From: a virus
Strand: one strand, 5' to 3'
IMG/VR virus record: IMGVR_UViG_3300036823_000117
Coordinates: 54,587-118,586 of that record
DNA: 64,000 nucleotides
Shown here one piece after another: positions 28,400-36,833 of the stretch. The notes beneath the pieces are model-generated. The model was not told where the DNA came from. It saw nothing but the letters and a program-made list of their open reading frames with translations, and searched no databases. The number at the start of each line of letters is the position of its first letter. The first letter of the stretch is position 1. Position numbers and translations under genes: made by a program.

Positions 28400-28469
28400 C
28401 CCCCGATAACGGAATGGCGGCGGCGAATTTCTTCTTGACAGGAAGTAGCCGTCACCTGCACTTCGGGAG
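28400..28469 (-). ncRNA. Y RNA-like element 2
   Basis: Shares CCCGAAGTGCAGG-N4-GGCTACTTCCT with element 1, with a changed 3' strand that largely preserves pairing. Confidence 0.7.
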
Positions 28470-28527
28470 AGGTGCTGACCGGAACGCTACACGACGTGAC
28501 GGGACCGGTCCACTGCATTACCGCCTG

Positions 28528-28896
28528 TCACCAGCCCGGCGGCCGGATCACGTTGGCCGGCGCGCCCGCGAACAGCCGCCTCACCTCCGGCTCCGCATGC
28601 CCCGCGATCCCGCACCCCACCTTCGTCAGCAAGAACACCAGGTCATGCGACAACCCCGCGTACAGCATGAACCGGTCCGCCGCATTCGCCAGCGACATCC
28701 GCCCCTCCATCGTCGGCAGTGCATACGCCTGCCCGCACAGGCCCTCGCCGACACCCCACCGCAACCCGAACCGCTCCCACGCGAACCGTGCGGCACCACC
28801 CGCATGATGGCCATGGACATTCGTCCCGGCCACGAACACCTCACCCTCGGCCAGGTCCGTGATCATGTCCGGGGTCGTACGCAGCGGCGTGGCCAT
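28528..28896 (-). CDS. A1S_2505-like phage non-structural protein
   Basis: EVFVAGTN..GHHAGGAA..WGVGEGLCGQAYALPT..TKVGCGIAG. Confidence 0.75.
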   Translation of the reverse strand: MATPLRTTPDMITDLAEGEVFVAGTNVHGHHAGGAARFAWERFGLRWGVGEGLCGQAYALPTMEGRMSLANAADRFMLYAGLSHDLVFLLTKVGCGIAGHAEPEVRRLFAGAPANVIRPPGW

Positions 28897-28976
28897 GGGG
28901 TTCTCCAGGCGGGTGGCGGGTGGCGGGTTGCGTGGTTTACTCGTGCACAGGGTAGCTGACCTGCGGAAACACGCCG

Positions 28977-29022
28977 CACCCTTTAGATAACTATAACGTG
29001 TCTCCACGTGCGCTAAAGGGTG
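28977..29022. other. putative attP of the serine integrase
   Basis: Inverted repeat CACCCTTTAG/CTAAAGGGTG spanning 46 bp, 13 nt upstream of integrase. Confidence 0.65.
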
Positions 29023-29035
29023 TAGCATCTGACGC

Positions 29036-30514
29036 ATGGCCGACCAGCAACTCGACGCCGTCGACTACAGCCGCGTCAGTGACGACAGCAAGCGCCGCGA
29101 CGCCCGTTCGGTCACCGAGCAGGCCAAGGACAACCTCGCCGACATCCGCAGGAATGGCTGGCGGCACGCCGACTCCTACTCCGACAACGACGTCTCCGCC
29201 TCGAGGTTCGGCACGCAGGAGCGGCCCGACTGGAACCGCCTGCGCGCCGACCTCGACAACGACTCCAAGGTGTTCGATGTAATCGTCCTCTGGGAAACCA
29301 GCCGCGGTGACCGCACCGCCGACACATGGCTCCAGTTCCTGTCGGCCTGCCGCAAGCGCGGCACCCTGATCCACGTCACGAGCCACAGCACCACCTACGA
29401 CGTCCGCAAGCCCCGCCAGTGGAAGATCCTCGCCACCGACGGCATCGACAACGCCTACGCCAGCGAAGAGACATCCCTCCGCGTCAAGCGCGACATGAAG
29501 GCCTCCGCCGAGGCCGGCCGCCCTCACGGCTCGGCACCCTACGGCTACCGCCGCGTCTACGATGCCGAGACCGGCGTCATGGAAACCCAGGTCCCCGAGG
29601 AGCCAGCCGCCGGGATCGTCCGGGAGATCATCAGCCGCGTCGCCGAAGGCGAAGCGGTTTCCGCGATCACCAAGAGCCTCAACCGTCGCGGCATCCCGTC
29701 CCCCCGCGGAAAGCAGTGGGCCTGCTACCCGGTCCGGCGCATAGCCACCAACCGCGCGTACATCGCCCAGCGGATCTGGCCGGGCGAGAGAGCACCCCTT
29801 CCCGGGATCTGGGAACCCATCATCGACCCGCCGGACGTCTTCTGGGACGCGCAGGCCGTCCTCGAAGCCCGCCACAACCCGGCCACCCGCAGCGGCCGCG
29901 CCAGCCACCTCCTGTCCTGGCTCGCCATCTGCGGCAAATGCGGCCAGCGTCTCGTTTACAAGGGCAACGCCCGCGGGCCGGCTTCCCGCGGCACCGCAGT
30001 CCGGCCCGTCTACTCCTGCCCGGCCGGCTGCGCAGCGATGATCGCCGAATGGCTCGACACCTACGTCACCACGCGCATCATCACCCGCCTCTCCCATCCC
30101 GACCTGTTCGGCCAGCTCACAGCCGGCGGCAACGACGAAGCCGCCCATGCCCGCGCCACTGCAGCCGAGCTCCGGAGCCGCCACGCCGAAGCTGCCCAGT
30201 CGGCCGCCAGGGGAACGCTGTCTATCACCGCCCTTGAAGCCATCGAGAACGTGCTGCTCCCCGATATCGAAGCCGCCGACCGGAAGGTCGCTGCGCTGAC
30301 CGTTCCCCCGCTCATCCGGGGCATCGTCGGCCATCCCCGCGACCAGGTCGCCGAAGAGTGGGCCGGGATGCCCATAGCGGCACAGCGCGACATCAGCCGC
30401 GTCCTCCTCGAGCACATCAAGCTCATGCCTGCCGTCGGCGCCGCCCGCAGCGGCCACGCATTCGACCCCGACCGGATCCAGATGCGGTGGACAGGCGACG
30501 ATGAAGACTCCTGA
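29036..30514 (+). CDS. int: large serine integrase
   Basis: YSRVS catalytic motif, SASRF, ERPDW, SRGDR, recombinase domain, CGKCG zinc ribbon. Confidence 0.93.
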   Translation: MADQQLDAVDYSRVSDDSKRRDARSVTEQAKDNLADIRRNGWRHADSYSDNDVSASRFGTQERPDWNRLRADLDNDSKVFDVIVLWETSRGDRTADTWLQFLSACRKRGTLIHVTSHSTTYDVRKPRQWKILATDGIDNAYASEETSLRVKRDMKASAEAGRPHGSAPYGYRRVYDAETGVMETQVPEEPAAGIVREIISRVAEGEAVSAITKSLNRRGIPSPRGKQWACYPVRRIATNRAYIAQRIWPGERAPLPGIWEPIIDPPDVFWDAQAVLEARHNPATRSGRASHLLSWLAICGKCGQRLVYKGNARGPASRGTAVRPVYSCPAGCAAMIAEWLDTYVTTRIITRLSHPDLFGQLTAGGNDEAAHARATAAELRSRHAEAAQSAARGTLSITALEAIENVLLPDIEAADRKVAALTVPPLIRGIVGHPRDQVAEEWAGMPIAAQRDISRVLLEHIKLMPAVGAARSGHAFDPDRIQMRWTGDDEDS

Positions 30515-31027
30515 CACCGAAGAGATGAAGCGCTACGGCATGGAGGGCTGGTCCACCATCAGCGGCACCCTGGGTGTCGACTGCAAACGGCCACGACGAA
30601 TGCCGCAGATGTGGCAGATAGCCGACTACTGGCTCATGCGCGGAACATTCGGAATGCGCGTCGCAGAACCGTGGTGTTTCGCCTGCCGCATCACCGCGAC
30701 ACCCGACTTCCCTAGCGAGCCTTGTACGGCTGCCCTGGGTTCGCCTTCCGGTCGCTAGCCCCGCTGCCGCCATCCCCGGCGGGACTGGGCGCGCCCAGCA
30801 ATGGCGCGGGCCTGCTCGGAAGCCTCAGAACGCGACTTCCCCTCAACGCGCAGGGCCAGGTAGACAATCACGAATCCCGCGCGCTGGCGCCACCGGGGGA
30901 TGTCTCCCGTGTCGCTGTCTTCGCTCATGCCAGCACGGTAACGTAGCCGCCTTCTGCCGCGCCCGGTACGGCTGCCGAACCGCCGTCGACCGGCTCAGCC
31001 TGCCGCAGGTACTGGTGCCACAGGGAC

Positions 31028-31261
31028 ATGCCTGAGTTCCGCGCAGGGACGGGACCCTGGGCCATCTCCTGGGTGCAGGGCGGCGGCCGCTGGAAGAAGC
31101 TCCCCGGTTACCTGCAGCGGCCGACCCGCAGTTTCACCGCGGGCGGCATGAGCTGGCCGGATTACGTGTGGCGTTGCGCACGCATGGCGGACCTCGATGA
31201 AGCCGAGGCGGAAGCGTGCGCCAAGGCAATCGACTTCACGGGCTGGGCGGTGTGGCGCTGA
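31028..31261 (+). CDS. hypothetical protein
   Basis: Trp-rich 77-aa ORF. Confidence 0.45.
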   Translation: MPEFRAGTGPWAISWVQGGGRWKKLPGYLQRPTRSFTAGGMSWPDYVWRCARMADLDEAEAEACAKAIDFTGWAVWR

Positions 31262-31334
31262 TCCGCATGCGCTGGGCCGGCGACACCGAAGACAGCTGAG
31301 CCGGCCACCGAAAACGTGGCCGGCTCGACGGGGA

Positions 31335-31688
31335 TCAGGACGCCAGGTACGTGCTGTTCGTGGTCGTGAATTCCCGCGACCATCCCCACCGATCCATCAC
31401 GATCTGGTCGAACAGCCGCGAGTGAAGGCGCACCGTCGGCTCCTGGTGCATCTCCAGCATCCGGATCTCCCGGTCGTAGTCCTCCGTGTGATCCTGCGGT
31501 TCCGGAAGTGCCACGATCAGCCGCACCGAGCGGCCCGCCCGCGCATCCGCCAGGCTCCGGTCCAGCTCCTCGATCGCCTTCGTCCGAAAGCCGGCCTGAG
31601 CCTTCAGGAACACTTCCCGATGTGCGGCCCGGTTCTCCTTCAGCACCGCGAGCAACTCATCGCGGTCGACGACCACCTCGTCCGGCAT
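31335..31688 (-). CDS. hypothetical phage protein
   Basis: GAGGGGAG RBS; LKENRAAH...PQDHTEDYDREIRMLE. Confidence 0.65.
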   Translation of the reverse strand: MPDEVVVDRDELLAVLKENRAAHREVFLKAQAGFRTKAIEELDRSLADARAGRSVRLIVALPEPQDHTEDYDREIRMLEMHQEPTVRLHSRLFDQIVMDRWGWSREFTTTNSTYLAS

Positions 31689-31795
31689 GCAGATCTCCCC
31701 TCGTTGCGACGCCTCCGGAGACAGGGTACGCGGGGTGACCAACCGGTTGCAGAAAGGGTTCACAAGGTCGCTACGGATACTGCATAATGCTAGTT

Positions 31796-32116
31796 ATGAG
31801 ACTCACGCCGGAGCACGAGTGGTGGCTGATCGCGAACAGGCACTACGGGGTCCACGTCGCATGGGGCCGCTCGGCTGCCGAGGCCAAGGCTGACGTGCGC
31901 GACCGCATCGCTGAAACCTACGCCGGCGAAGGCCTGTCACCGAGCGCCTGCCGGCGGGCGGCATCCAGCTACGGAGTCTTCGCCATGGCTGGCCCCGTTA
32001 CCGAGAAGGAAGCGCAGGCGGCGCACGACGCTTGGTTCCGCGAGGACTGGCAGCCGGCGATGGCGCTGGCTCGCCGGACGGGAACCCGCTTCGGCCGATC
32101 CGGGAAGGCTGCATGA
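31796..32116 (+). CDS. hypothetical protein, paralog of 42370-42714
   Basis: WWLIANR..GVHVA.GR..AKA.VRDRI.ETY.GEGLS..RRAASSYGVF shared. Confidence 0.65.
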   Translation: MRLTPEHEWWLIANRHYGVHVAWGRSAAEAKADVRDRIAETYAGEGLSPSACRRAASSYGVFAMAGPVTEKEAQAAHDAWFREDWQPAMALARRTGTRFGRSGKAA

Positions 32117-32511
32117 CCGACCAGCGGTGGTGGATCTGCGACCTGGCTGACGAGACGTCACCCGGCGGCCACCTGTACGAAGCGCCGAACGCCAGGAGTG
32201 CCCTGGCCAAGTTCCGCGCGGACATGGTCGAGCATTACCTGGCCGCCGCTACGTCCCGGACGCACGCCAGGGACATCGTGCGGGCGAACCGGCCGAGGGT
32301 CTACGGCGGTCCGCTCACTGCCGCCGAGGCTTTCGAGCACGAGTTGGGGTGGGCGTGGGCATGGGAGATGTGCAGCCCGAAGTACCGCAGCGACGTCTAC
32401 TGCAGCCCGGATGGCCGGGCCACCCGCGATGAGGCCGTGATGATCCTCGGCGAGAGGATCACGGCGCTGATGGAGCGTCAGGCCGGCGACGTCTACGGAC
32501 TCTCGGCATGA
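32113..32511 (+). CDS. hypothetical protein
   Basis: ATGA-coupled on both sides. Confidence 0.55.
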   Translation: MTDQRWWICDLADETSPGGHLYEAPNARSALAKFRADMVEHYLAAATSRTHARDIVRANRPRVYGGPLTAAEAFEHELGWAWAWEMCSPKYRSDVYCSPDGRATRDEAVMILGERITALMERQAGDVYGLSA

Positions 32512-33488
32512 CGGCGCTCGAGCCGGTCCTCGCGGGCACTATCGTCGCGCGGCCGCCAACTCTCTCGGTCCGCGATGTCGACGCATCCCGGTGGGGCGAG
32601 CCCGAGATGCTTCACCACGCCGTCGACATCTGGCTCGACGCGCAGCTGTCGGTCCACACCAAGGCCGCCTACTGCCGCGAGTTCGGCTACTGGATCGAAT
32701 GGTGCACCGAGAACGGGGTCCCGGCCGCTGACCCACGTGGTCCCGACGTCGATGCCTGGCGCAAGACCTTCACCGGCCTGTCCCCCGCGACCGTCAACCG
32801 GCGGCTCAGCACCGTGTCCAGCTTCTACACCTACTGGACTGAGGAAGACGTCCTGACCCGCAACCCGGTCGCCCATGTCAAGCGACCCAAGGTGTCCGCC
32901 AAGCCCGTCAGCATCTACCTCAGCAAGCCCCAGGCCACCCAACTCGTCGCCTACACCGACAGCCTCGACGACCCGCGGCCGGGCGTGATCTGCCGGCTCC
33001 TCGCACAGACCGGTATGCGCGTCGGCGAGCTCACCGCCGCCACCGTCCCCGACCTGGCCATGTCCGGCGGCCACCACATCATTGAGATCACCCGCAAGGG
33101 CGGCAACCGCCAGCAGCTCGTCATCGTCCCCGGCACCTACCAGCGGACCGTCGACTACCTCGACGGCCGTACCTCGGGATACATCCTGGCCGTCGCGCGC
33201 ACCGAACGGCGGGCCGCCGACGGCCAGATGGACCGCTCGTACGTCCGGCAGCTGCTGCGCCGCATCGCCCGCGAAGCCGGACTACCGGAAGCCGTCTGGC
33301 AGCGGATGCACCCGCACGTCCTGCGCCACTCAGTCGCCACGCTCCTCGCCGCCGACAAGGTCCCCGTCCACGAGATCCAGGAGTTCCTCGGCCACGCGTC
33401 CCTGCAGACCACACAGCGGTACATCCACCACGCCCAGGAACTCGACGACAGCCCCGCCTACCGCATGCAGAAGATCCTCGCCGGCTAG
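32508..33488 (+). CDS. tyrosine recombinase (XerC/D-like)
   Basis: TGMRVGEL, RKGG, HVLRHS, LGHASLQTTQRY catalytic residues. Confidence 0.93.
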   Translation: MTALEPVLAGTIVARPPTLSVRDVDASRWGEPEMLHHAVDIWLDAQLSVHTKAAYCREFGYWIEWCTENGVPAADPRGPDVDAWRKTFTGLSPATVNRRLSTVSSFYTYWTEEDVLTRNPVAHVKRPKVSAKPVSIYLSKPQATQLVAYTDSLDDPRPGVICRLLAQTGMRVGELTAATVPDLAMSGGHHIIEITRKGGNRQQLVIVPGTYQRTVDYLDGRTSGYILAVARTERRAADGQMDRSYVRQLLRRIAREAGLPEAVWQRMHPHVLRHSVATLLAADKVPVHEIQEFLGHASLQTTQRYIHHAQELDDSPAYRMQKILAG

Positions 33489-33703
33489 ACGCGCACCCAG
33501 TCCTGGCCGTCGCATGCAGGCCAGTACCACCGCCACCTGCAGGTCCCGCAACGCAAAGTGTGGTGGCCGTTGAAGTTGCCGCGGCCAGCGTCGCATTCGC
33601 CGCAGGGCTGCCAGCCGGCGAGTACCTTCCCCGGTCCCCAGGGGTGCCCGTCGGGGCATTCCGCTGGCCGGCTGCCTGGCGGGAAGATCGGGACGGTGTC
33701 CAC
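33485..33703 (-). CDS. small zinc-binding protein
   Basis: CPDGH, CGEC and CGTC motifs. Confidence 0.5.
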   Translation of the reverse strand: MDTVPIFPPGSRPAECPDGHPWGPGKVLAGWQPCGECDAGRGNFNGHHTLRCGTCRWRWYWPACDGQDWVRV

Positions 33704-33736
33704 GGCCCCAGCGAATCACACGGCGGGTTCTACCGC

Positions 33737-33882
33737 TCTACCCGGTCCTTGTGAAGTCGGGTAGAAACCAGTGAACCCCCCGGTTGGCCTTGTGAGCCCG
33801 AAGCTCTTGGCCTAACCGGGAGGTCCGATCACCGTGCTGGCGGTCAAGCCGGCCGGTGAAGTGGAACAGCCCTGGCCGGCTT
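33737..33882 (-). ncRNA. three tandem hairpins with a repeated CU(U)CAC motif
   Basis: Stems of 9 bp or more, each displaying CUUCAC/CUCAC; just 3' of tRNA-fMet. Confidence 0.45.
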
Positions 33883-33913
33883 GGGTCTCGTCCTCGGCCG
33901 GCTAGGGCCATCG

Positions 33914-33988
<75 letters not shown>

Positions 33989-34038
33989 ATCAGAAGACTA
34001 CCGCACGTGACTGTCAGCCGGCTAGCTTCCTGGCCGGC

Positions 34039-34491
34039 TCAGCGTCCGTCACGGCGGGTGTACGTGATGTAGGCGTGAATGGTGCCGTTGCCCTCGAAGC
34101 TCACCGGGGAGATCTCCGCTGACGGCCAGCAGTTGCCCGCCCGCGACCATGCTTGCGGGATGAGCCGGGTGTAGGCCGGCCACGCTTTGAACTTGCCGCT
34201 CTCATCCGACGAGTTGCTGCCGTTGTTGCACAGGTCGTCCCAGTCGGCTTCGATGCGGCCGCGGCCTTCCCCAGGGATCGTGATCGTCCCCCAGGCGTGG
34301 ACGCGGATGCTGGCCGGGTCGCCGATCAGCTGGCCGCCGATGTTGCAGATCGGGTAGCCGCCTGTGGCGTGGCAGGCCCCGAGGTAGTGAACCTTCGCGG
34401 CCGCGGGAGTTGCGGCGTGCGCCGGGAAGGCGGCCACGGCAGCAAGGCCGAGGCCGCTTACTGCGGCTGCGGCCAGCCGGGTAAGGAACAT
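34039..34491 (-). CDS. secreted protein
   Basis: Signal peptide ending PAHA; four Cys. Confidence 0.65.
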   Translation of the reverse strand: MFLTRLAAAAVSGLGLAAVAAFPAHAATPAAAKVHYLGACHATGGYPICNIGGQLIGDPASIRVHAWGTITIPGEGRGRIEADWDDLCNNGSNSSDESGKFKAWPAYTRLIPQAWSRAGNCWPSAEISPVSFEGNGTIHAYITYTRRDGR

Positions 34492-34540
34492 GCTGGCCAC
34501 GGTATCGGCCACAACGGTTACTCCGCAGCGGGAAACGCAC

Positions 34541-34616
34541 TGGCTGCCCAGCCCGGACTCGAACCGGGGCACGCCCCTTAGGAGGAGGCAGCTCTATCCA
34601 CCTGAGCTACAGGGCA
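34541..34616 (-). tRNA. tRNA-Arg(CCT)
   Basis: Loop CT-CCT-AA; encoded CCA. Confidence 0.85.
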
Positions 34617-34617
34617 T

Positions 34618-34691
34618 TGGAGGCCGCGGCGGGAATCGGACCCGCGTGAGACGCTTTGCAGGCGCCCACCTAGCCGCTCGGTCACGCGACC
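34618..34691 (-). tRNA. tRNA-Cys(GCA)
   Basis: Loop CT-GCA-AA; T loop TCCGATT; encoded CCA. Confidence 0.85.
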
Positions 34692-34695
34692 CGGG

Positions 34696-34767
34696 TGCTC
34701 CCAACAGGAATCGAACCTGTGTTGCCAGCTTCGGAGGCTGGTGTCCTATCCCCTAGACGACAGGAGC
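34696..34767 (-). tRNA. tRNA-Arg(CCG)
   Basis: Loop CT-CCG-AA. Confidence 0.88.
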
Positions 34768-34833
34768 ATGATCATGGACAGGGACCTGGGCCCCGGCCCG
34801 GGTGTGTGTGCCCGGCTTACGCCCTGTCCTCCG

Positions 34834-34914
34834 TGCGCCGTGATGGATTCGAACCACCGTGTCCGTAGATCGCGGTTTACAGCCGCGCGCATTCGCCCAC
34901 TCTGCCAACGACGC
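34834..34914 (-). tRNA. tRNA-Tyr(GTA)
   Basis: Loop CT-GTA-AA; long variable region. Confidence 0.85.
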
Positions 34915-35003
34915 CTAGCCCGGAGTCTTTGAGTCCCGCCTGCTCGCGAACAGGCTCTCCGGATCACCCGTGCATGCTCGGGTGCTGGCCATGCCAGGGA
35001 ACA

Positions 35004-35077
35004 TGGGGAGGACAGCGGGAATCCAACCCGCGTGACCGGGTTCACAACCCGGCGCTCTAGCACTGAGCTATATCCTC
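35004..35077 (-). tRNA. tRNA-His(GTG)
   Basis: Loop TT-GTG-AA; C73; T loop TTGGATT; no encoded G-1. Confidence 0.82.
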
Positions 35078-35079
35078 AG

Positions 35080-35151
35080 TAGCCGCTGGAGGTACCGATC
35101 CTCCGGCCCCCGATGTGTGAGATCGGTGCTCCGCCATTGAGCTAAGCGGCC
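35080..35151 (-). tRNA. tRNA-Val(CAC)
   Basis: Loop CT-CAC-AC; atypical T loop ATCGGTA. Confidence 0.78.
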
Positions 35152-35152
35152 G

Positions 35153-35224
35153 TGCGCCCAGGAGGACTCGAACCTCCATTGCCGACTTCGTAGGCCGGCG
35201 TCCTATCCGTTGAACGATAGGCGC
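35153..35224 (-). tRNA. tRNA-Arg(ACG)
   Basis: Loop CT-ACG-AA. Confidence 0.88.
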
Positions 35225-35225
35225 T

Positions 35226-35300
35226 TGGTAGTCGCTCGAGGTGCTGACCCTCGGACCTTCCGCTAGTCGGGCGGATGCTCTGCCGCTGAGCTAAGCGACC
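35226..35300 (-). tRNA. tRNA-Val(GAC)
   Basis: Loop CC-GAC-TA; atypical T loop GTCAGCA; encoded CCA. Confidence 0.75.
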
Positions 35301-35377
35301 AGGTGGGCTGCCCCGGCAACTCGGACCGCACGTCTGCGTGTCCTGCTACCGAGGGCAGCCCTTTTCTTAGAGTTGAG

Positions 35378-35450
35378 CGAGACCGACGAGATTTGAACTC
35401 GCGCTGTCACCTTGACAGGGTGATGTGCTAACCGCTGACACTACGGCCCC
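35378..35450 (-). tRNA. tRNA-Asp(GTC)
   Basis: Loop CT-GTC-AA; G73. Confidence 0.88.
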
Positions 35451-35512
35451 ATTCCACCGGACTTGACGTTGCCCTGACCACCGTCAGGGTCGAGGCGCCG
35501 GCGTTGCCTTCG

Positions 35513-35583
35513 CTCCCCCACCTGGACTCGAACCAAGATCCACCGGTTAACGGCCGGCCGCTCTGCCCTTAAGCTATGAGGGA
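35513..35583 (-). tRNA. tRNA-Asn(GTT)
   Basis: Loop CC-GTT-AA; G73. Confidence 0.85.
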
Positions 35584-35738
35584 TTGGACCTGCGAAAATG
35601 TCAGACCGCATCCATATACTTAGCGGATGCAAGTCACCGAACTAGAATGCGGGCATTGCCAGAATCTCGTGGCGCTGGACAAGCGGTGCCATTGGGAGTT
35701 CGACCACGGCTACCTGCTCCTGGTCGATGGGCGCTTCG

Positions 35739-35811
35739 TCGCGGGGAAGGGACTCGAACCCTCGACCTGCGGGTTATGAGCCCGCCGCGCTACCAACTGC
35801 GCCACCCCGCA
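35739..35811 (-). tRNA. tRNA-Met(CAT), initiator-like
   Basis: Loop CT-CAT-AA; GGG/CCC anticodon stem. Confidence 0.88.
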
Positions 35812-35812
35812 G

Positions 35813-35883
35813 TAGCCCCACAGGGACTCGAACCCTGTCTCGCGGGTCGAAGGTCCGCGGTCCTACCCATAGACGATGGGGCC
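35813..35883 (-). tRNA. tRNA-Glu(TTC)
   Basis: Loop CC-TTC-GA. Confidence 0.82.
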
Positions 35884-35896
35884 TTGCTGTCCTGCG

Positions 35897-35967
35897 TACC
35901 CAGTAGGGGTGTCGAACCCCTGCTGCCGGGCTGAGAACCCGGCGGTCTGCCGTTAACCTAACTGGGC
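35897..35967 (-). tRNA. tRNA-Glu(CTC)
   Basis: Loop TT-CTC-AG. Confidence 0.85.
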
Positions 35968-35972
35968 TAGAG

Positions 35973-36045
35973 CGCGTCGACCAGGAATCGAACCCAGATC
36001 CACCGCTTAGAAGGCGGCCGTGCTTGTCCGTTGCACCACCGACGC
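35973..36045 (-). tRNA. tRNA-Arg(TCT)
   Basis: Loop CT-TCT-AA. Confidence 0.85.
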
Positions 36046-36046
36046 G

Positions 36047-36117
36047 TGCCTCGCCAAGGTACCGACCCCTGTTCCATCGGGTAAAAGCCGATTGCATCAC
36101 CTTAATGCTTGCGAGGC
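36047..36117 (-). tRNA. tRNA-Lys(TTT)
   Basis: Loop CT-TTT-AC; A8; atypical T loop GTCGGTA. Confidence 0.75.
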
Positions 36118-36118
36118 G

Positions 36119-36192
36119 TAGCCCACCAGGGGATTGAACCCTGCATCTCCTGCTTATAAGGCAGGCTCCGTCAACCAGGCGGATCGTGGGCG
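36119..36192 (-). tRNA. tRNA-Ile(TAT)
   Basis: Stem CCTGC/GCAGG, loop CT-TAT-AA. Confidence 0.78.
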
Positions 36193-36193
36193 T

Positions 36194-36270
36194 TGGTAGG
36201 TCACCAGAGAATCGGACTCTGCATCACCGCGTTATCAGCGCGGCCTCTCCAACCAGGCGAGACGTGACCA
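36194..36270 (-). tRNA. tRNA-Ile(GAT)
   Basis: Loop CT-GAT-AA; T loop TCCGATT; encoded CCA. Confidence 0.8.
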
Positions 36271-36271
36271 G

Positions 36272-36364
36272 CGGAAGTGGTGAGGGTCGAACTCACAAGG
36301 CGACTCGCGCCGCTCGGCTGTTTTCGGGACAGCTGCCGTCAGCCTCTCATCGGCTTGCACTTCC
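36272..36364 (-). tRNA. tRNA-Ser(CGA)
   Basis: Loop CC-CGA-AA; long variable arm; G73. Confidence 0.82.
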
Positions 36365-36368
36365 ATCG

Positions 36369-36453
36369 CGGAGGACGGACTATTCGAAAGCCACGTCTTG
36401 CGACGCGCATCCGCTAGCAACGGAGCCCGGCTCGCCTGTCCGGTTCATCCTCC
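36369..36453 (-). tRNA. tRNA-Ser(GCT)
   Basis: Loop TT-GCT-AG; long variable arm. Confidence 0.78.
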
Positions 36454-36454
36454 A

Positions 36455-36537
36455 TGGTGCGCTCGGAGGGATTCGAACCCTCATGCCCGTAGGCTCCGGG
36501 TCTGAGCCGGATGCGTCAGCCGTTGCGCCACGAGCGC
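36455..36537 (-). tRNA. tRNA-Leu(CAG)
   Basis: Loop CT-CAG-AC; variable arm; encoded CCA. Confidence 0.88.
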
Positions 36538-36540
36538 GTG

Positions 36541-36756
36541 ACGGGGAGTCCCTGGAGCGCAAGTACCGAGCCGTGCGGTGCCAGCCGACGGCATTTCATC
36601 GCTCTCCCTGACTGCGCCGGCCGCTGCACTGGCACTATCTCGCGGCCGTACGATCCGGGACTTGATCCCCGGGGCGCGTGCACGCGCCCGCTTGTCGCCG
36701 CACGTATTAGTTCCGGGGATTCCCTTCCGGTGACCCGGTACCGTGCGGCAGTAAAA
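36541..36756 (-). ncRNA. unknown ~215-nt structured RNA with two potential pseudoknots
   Basis: Stems GCCGCACG/CGUGCGGC and CGGCCGC/GCGGCCG; enclosed GUACCGGG and GUGCCAG complementary to distal CUCGGUAC and CUGGCAC. Confidence 0.55.
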
Positions 36757-36757
36757 C

Positions 36758-36831
36758 GGGGAGTGCTCTGCCTGGCTGAGCTACACCGGGCCTTGGCCCG
36801 GCGACCGGATTTGAACCGGCGACCTCTCCCC
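36758..36831 (-). ncRNA. circularly permuted, anticodon-less tRNA-like module A (YrlA-like)
   Basis: 5'-3' order: GGGAG, T arm (GGTTCAAATCC), closed acceptor hairpin, D arm (TAGCTCAG..GAGC), ACTCCC. Confidence 0.8.
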
Positions 36832-36833
36832 CG

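Noticed and set aside
30501-30758. Immunity repressor or directionality factor next to integrase
   Set aside because: Small CxxC ORF without a recognisable HTH; function unsupported
36541-36831. tmRNA, raiA or GOLLD identity for the structured RNA
   Set aside because: No tRNA-Ala-like termini or tag ORF; too short for GOLLD; no raiA sequence recognised
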